Positions 1 through 9,400 of a stretch of 36,359 nucleotides of DNA are shown here, one piece after another. Source of the stretch: Phoronis australis (taxonomy: Eukaryota; Animalia; Phoronida); contig NMRA01000356.1 of NCBI GenBank assembly GCA_002633005.1, forward strand, positions 435,233 to 471,591, read 5' to 3'. Positions within the stretch are counted from its first letter, which is position 1. Each line of letters opens with the position of its first letter. The position numbers and the translations under genes are program-made. Under the pieces are notes generated by a model. The model searched no databases. It was not told where the DNA came from and was given only the letters and a program-made list of their open reading frames with translations.

Positions 1-667
1 CCACAGGCGTCCTCAGCTTCTGATCGTCCCCAATACACTACATATAATACTACAAGGTATGACACTCCCGACTAGAAATTCCACGGGTGCTTCACTTCAG
101 CCGTCCATAGCAAACATAAAACTCAATAAATTTACACAAAACAGGGGTTCAACAAACCATGAAGAATTGTTCTTTCTCCCAATACCATTCACGGTGTCCT
201 GTTACGGCGACTTCGTAAGAAATTCGCAGTCAAAGAACAAAAATTTCACAAAAAGCCCCCACACACGTCCTCCCTGGGCCCGTTGAGGTCAAGGACGGTA
301 CGGAAATTGCCGCTTTGTCGCGTAAAGTCACGATGTCGCTACTTCCGTAACTCACTGGCAATTTCCGTACCATCCTTGACCTCGACGGGCCCAGGGAGGA
401 CGTGTGTGGGGGCTTTTTGTGAAATTTTTGTTCTTTGACTGCGAATTTCTTCCGAAGTCGCCGTAACAGGACACCGTGAATGGTATTGGGAGAAAGAACA
501 ATTCTTCATGGTTTGTTGAACCCCTGTTTTGTGTAAATTTATTGAGTTTTATGTTTGCTATGGACGGCTGAAGTGAAGCACCCGTGGAATTTCTAGTCGG
601 GAGTGTCATACCTTGTAGTATTATATGTAGTGTATTGGGGATGATCAGAAGCTGAGGACGCCTGTGG
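1..667. mobile_element. Foldback/MITE-like element: 311-bp inverted arms (1-311, 357-667) around a 45-bp spacer
   Basis: Arm 2 is the reverse complement of arm 1 with 4 mismatches by eye, and both end in CCACAGGCGTCCTCAG. A more diverged third copy of the same end lies at ~2766-3125. Confidence 0.8.
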
Positions 668-690
668 TCCAGTCGTGAGTCGGACAAGTA

Positions 691-2144
691 CCTTATCCTG
701 CTAAGCCTCTATTCAGACAACTTTCCCTGTGTGCTAAATAGGTTACCACTGCTGCTGTGCACTGGGCTGTTATGAAGGTCACTCAGATTAATGACCTAAC
801 ATTTTTAAATTGGAAATTTGAAGGGGTAACGTCAACTTCACATAAAAGTAGTCTGCACAAAATGGTTCAGAATTGTAGTAAATGTCGACGTCAGTCTCGG
901 CTGTGGCGTCTCTATGTTGTGATTTGCTTTTCGTGGCAATGTTGGTCTTGGCCTGGTGCGACATCTGACGCCAGAAGAGCCCAGCCGAGGTCACCCTGCT
1001 ATCACGTGACCCGTCACCCTTCAAGACCACGTGACAAGATCGTCTGGGCCTTCTGGAGTTCGCTGCCGTCCTGTACGGACGTAATGTGAGTATGCTTCGG
1101 ACTTTTCTCTGGCACCGCGTTAATAGGCCGAACTTGTGTGTCTGCTTGGCCAGCCGACCCGAATAATAATACAACAGAATTTAATGGAGATATTCACCAT
1201 ATGCATATCTTTACCATAGCCTTGGTGTAAATAATTCTATAATGTTTAACTTTCAAACTGGACACCTTTGTTTTTATCTGCTTTAGCAAATGATAACATT
1301 ATAGCTGACACTCAAAAACCGTAATAAGCATTTTTAAAATGGAATTCATGAGACTTGGATGTTTAATAAAGCAGATTTATTGTCTATAACATCACATCTA
1401 CAAACAAGAATGTACAGTATATAACATACCTCAACTTTGCATGATTACAAATTTATGACTAGTGAAGTTGCTTGCTAAAGTCTGTTTTGAAGTTCACCTT
1501 GGTGTGCAAAAACGTGAAACACGGGTGGGGACACAAAGCTATTCTGTGAAAAAGTCACAAAAATATCTAGTTCTGAATGAGTTCCATCATGTTTCAGAGG
1601 CCCTGTATTATGCGTGAAGGGCGTGAGCCAAGCATCTTCGTAGGCCCGTCCAAGTTCAGCTTCAGGGACCGGTAACTCCTCCAAAATTGCACTGAGATCT
1701 GAATCGTTGGAATCTGCATTACTTGTGACTGTTGTGTTAGTTTCCCCGTCACTGTCACCGTCACTTTCGAGTGCCAATTCCAGCTCGTTTTCACTATCTG
1801 AGTCCATGAACACTTTCTCAAGAAACTGGTCAACAGTCATCTTACCACGTTTGGCACCCGCCAAGAAAAAACTTGCGTAAACTTTCAAATATCTCGGTAA
1901 CAACTCACCACAGCCATATGTTGTAAAATGTACAGGAAACTATGAACTGTGGAATGCGCATGCTCACATATAAACAGCATGCTGGGCTTTCACAATTTCT
2001 GAATGAAAAACACTAGTGTCCTGGAGTGAGTACACTCTCCTTGCGCAGCCTAGCCGTAGCTTGTTATAGGCGATTGAGTACACCCGACGCATTTTAATAG
2101 GGTAATTGGCTTGTCGGCTGACCTCACCTAGCGCAGGATAAGGG
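691..2144 (-). mobile_element. Internally deleted, non-autonomous piggyBac-like DNA transposon
   Basis: Right end GCAGGATAAGGG (2133-2144) is followed by TTAA (2145-2148). The matching inverted CCTTATCCTGC is at 691-701, with the left TTAA-C lost. Minus-strand remnants of the transposase N-terminus (~1530-1865) and a decayed Cys-rich C-terminus (~830-1100) are present; the DDD core is absent. Confidence 0.75.
1530..1865 (-). pseudogene. piggyBac (PGBD4-like) transposase N-terminal fragment
   Basis: MTVDQFLEKVFMDSDSE, an acidic tract, then W..PFTHNTGP...SELDIF..F: the usual lead-in to the piggyBac transposase domain. The ORF ends before the catalytic core. Confidence 0.65.
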
Positions 2145-2148
2145 TTAA

Positions 2149-3125
2149 AGTGGGTATTTGTATTTGGATTTCACCAGTGAACACGCTACAACTGAGTTTA
2201 CCCTGGCTTTTAAATTCAGTTATAGGTCATTTATAAGCTGGTAAGTGAGCCGTCGACTGTTTGTGACTTTTCAAAGGTTCGATCCTGAACACATCTGACC
2301 TGGACACAAATTAGGTTTTCTGTTTGCGTTGGCGTATTTTTCATACGGGACACAACACATTTTATTCCTGGTCGCTATCATACCGTAGCCAGTCAAAATC
2401 TTCCTTCCATTTCGGAAGGAATTCTCGGTTTTGTTTATTGGTTTCATACTGTTGCTTGGTGGTTTCACGCCCTTTGGTTTGGTTACCAATTGCAAGATTA
2501 GAGATCTTTGACTGGACACCACACGCAAGCTAAGTATCTATTTCAACATTGCAGACAGCGGCGCAGACGACAATTTCCACACGTACCGTAAGAATGTCGT
2601 AAAGTTTTATAATACGTTCTAGCGACTATTACACGTGAGTCTTGTACGTAAATCATAAATTGTAACAATCAAGTGTCAAAATATGTTAATGAGCAAATAA
2701 TTGAAATTTGACTTATCGTGCTCGTCCCCGTTACCGCCCAAGGCGCTTAAATCAGAAATTACCGATGAATTACGGATGGACGGCGTTATCTACATCGTGA
2801 CTTTACGTGACAAACCAGCAATTTCCGTACCATCCTTGACCTCGAATCGACAAAGTGCAAAGTGTGTTTGGGCTTTTTGGGAACATTTTTGTGGTTTGAC
2901 AGTGAATTTCTTGCGAACTTGCTGGAACAGGACACCGTGAATGGTATTATAAGAAAGAGCAATTTCTCATGGTTTGTTGGACCCCTGTTTTGTGTAAATT
3001 TATTGAGTTATGTGTTTGATATGGACAGCTGAATCGAAGAACCCAAGGAATTACTAGTCTTAAGGGTTATACCTTGTAGTATTATATGTAGTGTATTGGG
3101 GACGATCAGCTGAGGACGCCTGTGG
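2149..3125 (-). mobile_element. 5' remnant of a ZNF862/hAT-like transposon with a decayed TTF-type zinc finger
   Basis: Minus-strand translation across two frameshifts gives REFLPKWKEDFDWLRYD (2377-2427), NKMCC..YEKY and FVSRSDVFRIEPLKSHKQSTAH (~2245-2310), matching the ZnF_TTF pattern. The terminus at 3125 is the same CCACAGGCGTCCTCAG end as the foldback at 1-667. Confidence 0.65.
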
Positions 3126-3664
3126 TTTACGTGACCCCCCTTGTCTTTGTGGCCGATTTTATTGTGTTTGTTGGCACCACTGAGGAGGTCGAGCTATGTC
3201 TGTGATAGAGTGCACGGCTTGTCGAGTGTGTTATTTCTTTGACTGTGTTGTATTACTGCAGGTTCACTAGCTAGGCCTCTAGAAGTACTCACCAGTTAAA
3301 ACACAGCTACTCAAGCTTCAGTAAAACCCAATTCAGGTGCCCGTCCTTGACAGCCTGATTGCCTGCTGAAAGACTGCCAGCAGCCTCCTGCCAGCAGTAT
3401 GAATAAAAGAAACATCTGGGGAACCATAAAACTGACAAATCACAAAACACCCCAGAAAGATCAAGGACGAATGATGTTGACGATTACAATTTTACCGAGT
3501 AGAGATATGCCGAGTACCGTACTCATCCGGGTTACCGCCCATGCTTGGCTCACCGCCTACCCTCGAAATTTTCAATTTTTCATTTTTAAGCGCCCATGCT
3601 CTGTTTTTCACCCACCCCCAATTTTTCATGATTGAGACTTTCTTAAAAGTGCCTATGGTTCTGT

Positions 3665-3878
3665 GAACATTCGTTGCTTGAAACTAAGTTTTCAAAACGT
3701 GCGCAACTCGCTTACCTTTCATTAACGGTAGTCCGACTGCCCGGGACAATCCATTTGTTGGTCCGGACAAGCTCACGACCGAGCAGCTTGTCTGACAGGA
3801 CAAGACAATGAATTTTTCTGCGAACGTTCGTCGCACAAAATTAAGATTTCAAAACCTGCGCAACTCGCTTACCTTTCA
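3665..3878 (+). repeat. 57-bp imperfect direct repeat (3665-3721, 3822-3878) flanking a ~100-bp GGACAAG-rich segment
   Basis: TTTCAAAAC(G/C)TGCGCAACTCGCTTACCTTTCA occurs twice, 157 bp apart. Confidence 0.7.
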
Positions 3879-4019
3879 GTGACAATCGATCAGTTTTAGC
3901 GGAACCGGGTTCTTGCCTTACTATGGCAGTAACATACCCGTATTCTCATGCACTTTACTAAAGGAGACACAATTGTTTCCTTTGGCTCATGTGCGGAACC
4001 CGTGTCGGCTATTTAGTGA

Positions 4020-4260
4020 TCACTGAGACAGCGCTTGTCGAATGTATTTCATTGCCGGTGAAGAACCAGCAAGGCAGTACTTGACTGGAATTTCAAGTCC
4101 GTGGCCTACCTTTCTGTGATTCTTCTTGAGTTCCGTGACAGTACACGAAACAGCATTACCACGAGTCATTGTGACAAGCCACCTTGTCTCGCTGTTCCCT
4201 GCCTTGAACGCATGTTTTAAATAACTCACTCCCTACACTGAAATGGAAGCCCCCAACTAA
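4020..4260 (-). pseudogene. Decayed HIRAN-like domain fragment inside the Tc2-like element
   Basis: VSCTVTE...GHGLEIPVKYCLAG resembles the C.VTG...GLEIPC.Y.F.G C-terminal motif of invertebrate HIRAN-like proteins. VGGFHF upstream in another frame resembles the VRGFH start motif. Confidence 0.5.
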
Positions 4261-6265
4261 AATGGAAGCGCCCAACCAAAACCAACTGTGCAAGAAATCA
4301 ACTTGTCATTAAGCGCAAGTCGAACATTCTATCCACATCCACGTTGTCAAAAACTTGATTTGCTTGATGTCTTTTTTATATGACGTGTTTTTGCTTCGTT
4401 ATTTTTTGCAGCTGACCTAGCACCCGTATTGCCTAATAGTATCCTCCGATTGTTGAGCAGGTGCTTTGAACAAGAGGGTGTTGGCTGTTCAACTCTGAAG
4501 GAAATATACAGTGTATATAAAATGTTTCATTTTCAAATTAGGTTCAAAGCATTTTAATGTTCTTAAAAGAACTGAGACCTGTCAATCATTAGCACGTGTT
4601 TGGGTTACCAAAGTGTCTTGCTGGGAGCAAGTCTACAAAATCAGGTGCTCCCTTATAAATACGCAGCGCACTAGCGGAGTATTGCTTGATCTATATTTTC
4701 TCTCAAGAAACTTGCCCTACTGAATACACGCCTACATGTAATTCTAAGAGATGTCAAGCAGCGATGGAGGTACGTAAAACACAATCACGCTCGGGATCAC
4801 GGTGCCACTGTATCGCATGCGCTATTCCACTTCAGGGAATCGAAGTCCGTTACTTTAATCTACTGACGTATATTTGAACTGCTATGTTTGAAGTCCGACG
4901 TCAGTGTAGTTTCGTGAGGGTAAAATCGGTCCTCCATGCAGTAAACACCCAATCCTGACTTTTTAAAATTTCGGTTTTAACCGCCCATGCTCTGCGTACC
5001 GCCCACCCCCTGTTTTTTTAGATTACCAATTTTAGTGCCCTGGGCGGTAACCCGGACGAGTACGGTTTTCTACTTCTAGCAAGGATTAATTTTGCTCAGG
5101 CTGTTTCATGTATGTAAGAGTTTCCTTTTTCCGCATGGACGTCGTTCATCATGAGAGACCTGGCATTGATAAATTTTGAGTGCCGACCTTTTGGGGAAGT
5201 TTTGGATGTTAGTTTTCATACAGCTGGGTGGCTAAGGTTCCTTGTGCCCTTTGTAAAAGTCAACCGTTCAAAGCATTTGGCTGAGAGGCAATTGCTGCTT
5301 AGCAAGCATCTTGGAAAAGTTTTATTGGATTATGCCTGGAAGTCACACAATACACTCCTTTTAGAGCATGCTACTGCAGCAAATAGAGTATCTTGTTTTT
5401 TGTTTTTTTTCCGCTACACATCATTTGTAGGGGCTTGGACTTTCGCAACCCTCGATACAGAGTTTGTTACTTATTTAGTTGACCTCATGTCCCGTTTTAC
5501 GATCTGCCTGCAAATACTGCCTGGTGGCATTTGACATTGAGGTTATGCTAAGCACTAAGGCACTAGTTCTGAGTGTGATGTACAGTCAAATAATGACATT
5601 GTACGTACAGTAATGGCATGTCTAAATGGCACGCTTACGACCATTTGCTCTTTACCCAATCGGTTTGGATGCTCGACTCGCAGGCTGGTGACTCATGCTC
5701 AACACTGTCCATGAACAAATGGATTTTTAAACTTTAATGAAGTGAACCCTGAAAGTTAACATTTCAGAATGTGGGCCGTGTCTTTTGGGCCATGACTTCA
5801 TTTTTGCTTCCATAAGACAGAAATAACTGAAGTTTCCAATGCGTCAGGTTTCTATTCCAAGTTGAATCCATTTCACACTGGATTTCGGAGAACGTGGTTG
5901 TCATTGAATCCTTATGTTATTTTTATGCAATCTAATACGGTTGGTACCACCTCTTGTGTGATTCTGAGAGTACATCTTATAGGCGTCCTAAACAAAAGTA
6001 AAAGTCATAGCAATGGCCCATGACATATCACTCCGTCTTTTGATAGAAATTAAAACTTTCAGGACATATTAAAAATTGTACACTTTTTTCACACAGATTT
6101 TCCTTTTGCATATTGTGGGAAAAGGGTTTTCAGTATTCCTGTACCTTATTGTGTAGCCCGTGTGCAGACATTTTTATCAAAGGTTTTGCCTTTGTGTTTA
6201 ACCTTTATCTGAGCAAGAACTGTTAACAATAGAGACCTACCTTCATGTTTGATTTCAACTTTCAG

Positions 6266-6401
6266 ATATCAACAACCGATGGCAAAGTTTTCTTTACGAG
6301 CGACATCAGTCCATCGAAATGGCTCGATCTGAAATCCATTGAGCGCCTGTTTATTCAAGTTTATTACAATAATGGCTATAGGACAGAACACGAAAAGGAT
6401 G
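6266..6401 (+). CDS. THUMPD2: THUMPD2 exon (first one found)
   Basis: ttcag|ISTTDGKVFFTSDISPSKWLDLKSIERLFIQV..EKD G|gtaata; phase 0 to 1. Confidence 0.85.
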
Positions 6402-9400
6402 GTAATAGTATAATTATATTGTTTGAAATTAAAATTGTTTGCAGCTTCATCAAACTGTTTCATTTCTACTTCTAGTGTAGACTGAAAGTTGAGGTGTTCT
6501 GGAGAAGGTCTTTTTCAGTTGGAAGCACATTAAATTTCATGGTTTGTGCTACATAGTTGTCCTTGTTCATCTTGCGGCAATATAGTGACTCTTGAAAGAG
6601 CAAGAAAATGCTATTTTTGCTATAGTTTGTGTATAAAATTGAGATGATTTTATTATATAGTGTCTTGTTCATTATTGTGTTATGATCATGGTGTGATTGT
6701 TTGCAGGAGTTGATTGCATCTCTGTTCTTCAAAGACGGTGGAAAATATTTCTATAGACATTTGGTCAAGTGCTCTGAGCTTGTGGAAAGAAATTCGTAGG
6801 GAGCTTTGTCACTTGTCTGGCTGTGAAAAAGAATTGAAAAGGACCTGGTCTCCCGAGGCAAATGATGATCTGACTATTTTTCCACACAAAAAAAATAGAC
6901 TGAGTTCAGGAGATGGTTGTGATCAAAATACCAAGCAAGTTTGTGGCAATGTCTCCAGTACTGATGTAGCATCTCATTTGTTGTTTAAAAAGTTGGCGAA
7001 AGGCTGTGAACTCCGTGACTCGTCAAGTGTGAATGTATTTGATCATCAGTTGCCTGATTCATCAGAATCATCTTTACTAAATTCAAAGGAAACTGCAAAC
7101 CCAGGGAAGTCTTTCACTACTGTTGATTCAAAAAAATCTTTTGATAAAACAGATTGTGCAAAAACATCCAACAGTTTGAAAGTACTGCCATACATAAGAG
7201 AATCTTCATCAGCAGTAGATGTGAAGGAATGTTGTAAAGTAACGGACTTAACAGAATCAGACAAGGTGACGTTCAGAGTATCCAGCAAGATATCTGGCTA
7301 TGCAAGGCAGTTTGGAAAGAGAGCTGTTTTAGATGCTCTGATCAGTGCCATCGAGTCAAAGGGTTGGAAAAGTAGCACACACCAACCACAAGTTGAGGTA
7401 GGGTCAGAGTATGGCAAGGGTTTGTTATGAAAGAGTAGTCACATTGACCTAGAGGAATTCAGTAATTTAGAAACGTTGTTACATACTACTGATATGTGTT
7501 TACAATATTATTTCACTCTTTCCCTGTTAAATTTTTGTCTTAGTTCCAATTTAATTTAGCAATACATCGAGCATACGAGGGTGCAATCAATACATAGAGC
7601 GTACTAGGGAGCAGTCAATACATAGAGCATACTAGGGTGCAATCAATACATAGAGCATACCAGGGAGCAATCAATACATAGAGCATACCAGGGAGCAATC
7701 ACTTCATGGAGCATACTAGGGTGCAATCAATACATAGAGCATACCAGGGAGCAATCTATACCTAGAGCATACTAGGGTGCAATCAATACATAGAGCATAC
7801 TAGGGTGCAATCTATACATAGAGCATACTAGGGTGCAATCACTTCATGGAGCATACTAAAGAGCATCATTCAAAGCATAGATCATACTAGGGAACAATCA
7901 ATATCATGGCAATTCTTCACTTATTTTGCACATTCGTCTCCTTTTGCACACGTAAAATTATTTGGAAAAATAACATTTTGTCCGTCATTTATTTCGCATG
8001 AGGCTACTTGGGAATTTCTTGCCTCACCTAATTTGCACACGGTCAGTTTTGCACTTTGGAAAATATTAACTCACAGATCTAACATTAAACCTAGGAATGC
8101 ATACCTCTTTAACTGTTAAGTCATCCATGATTCACGTGGTATATCTCATGCTGTTGTAAACAGGAGGTGAAAGGGGTGACTTAGAATATTGTGTAGTGTT
8201 TCACCAATGATGGAATTAATTTATATTAGAATAGGATAAGGTAACTTAAAGATGAATAGTCTCATTAATTGTGAATATGCAAATGAAGTACTAATTTTCA
8301 AACTGATTCCTCCAGTGTCCCAAAAACCATCCAAGAACCAGTTAGCCGTTCTACCTCGCAAAAGTCTGATTTTGCGAGACTATTTTTATGAAAATGAGTA
8401 TGATAATATTTCATCATTACCCTAATGAAACGAGGCACAGTTTTTAATGTATGTTTATTTCTCTACTAAATAATGATTGCATAATATTTGGAATTGCTAT
8501 GATTTTTTATGTCCACACTTCATTTGTGGTGTTTTCTTTAAAACCCCAGTTTATTTACATATTGTTTCTTATCCTGATAATACTTGTACACACAGTTTTC
8601 CAGGGAGTCACTAGGTGACGCTTGCTACAAATTTATATATTCACGGTTTTAATGAGACATAGAATCTTTAATTACTGTTACTTGGATCACGTTGGCCACC
8701 CGTACATCGCATTTCATCAAATTCACACATGGGCAATTGGCCATGTTAAGTTACTCGTACCCGTCAACTACAAAGTATGTATACAGTTTATCTGGGACAC
8801 CCAGACAATCAGAAAAACGTATTTAGTTTATTTTGTGTGAAACAAGTGGAGAATTACGTAGAAAGCAATGAGCTAGATACTGCATCTTGCTCATTGTAGA
8901 AAGTCATGTCTAATTGTTGGTGTATTGTTTTGAAATGTTTATTTTATGTTTTAAAATTATAACAGCATATTTCCACCAGATAAATTATCCAATACTTCTC
9001 ATGGGAAACAAGTATGTATCAGTGATTTCTCGGGAGTTTTCAGGTTGACATACGCACCCCGGCTGGACCCACTACATACCTCATCTTCATAGATTAATTC
9101 TTATTGACACAACCAAGCAAAAATGCTGTACCTTGACAGTTTCGGCTACTCACAGCAGCCATCTTCGGAAGCTATTGGACACTAGGTGGCGAGGTGATGA
9201 CACTGTTCCAAATTTTAGACAATTTATACCCCCCATCGTCTCTGTTCGTAACTGAGCCTCTTTTTTTCACCCAAATAGACTCTCTAATCCGTCTAGATCT
9301 CAAATTATTCTCCGACTCGACAGGACAAGCGTCTTTCCAGTTAATTACGTGGTTAAAAGCAATAGCATGGTCCGTCACTGCAGATTTGTTGATAGTATTC

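Larger units (their letters stand above)
3517..5065. mobile_element. Tc2-like (Tc1/mariner-pogo group) non-autonomous TIR element, ~1.55 kb
   Basis: 25-bp TIRs CCGTACTC(A/G)TCCGGGTTACCGCCCA at 3517-3541 and 5041-5065, with 1 mismatch. The left flank is TA and the right flank TT. CCGTA termini are typical of Tc2-type elements. Subterminal CGCCCATGCT and CCCACCCCC repeats occur at both ends. Confidence 0.75.

Noticed and set aside
59-687. Two near-identical ORFs on opposite strands (59-286 +, 352-687 -)
   Set aside because: Mirror products of the foldback arms. No protein motif, and the frame is not preserved in the third copy.
3196-3270. Short ORF MSVIECTACRV.. as candidate THUMPD2 exon 1
   Set aside because: Similarity is limited to CTA.R, and the following residues do not match.
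5151-5534. 127-aa ORF containing FHTAG..L.PFV..LA..Q..GKV, reminiscent of the THUMPD2 N-terminus
   Set aside because: It lacks the C and the RG of CTAGRG, has no well-placed phase-0 donor, and the GKVFF motif is already encoded at 6266 onward. Treated as coincidence unless RNA-seq shows otherwise.
7560-7902. CRISPR-like appearance of the 28-bp repeats
   Set aside because: Units are head-to-tail with no unique spacers, in a eukaryotic intron, with no cas genes.
9044-9097. ttttcag acceptor as a possible THUMPD2 exon
   Set aside because: It reads into a stop inside the Penelope insertion, and 11357-11409 supplies the expected sequence.
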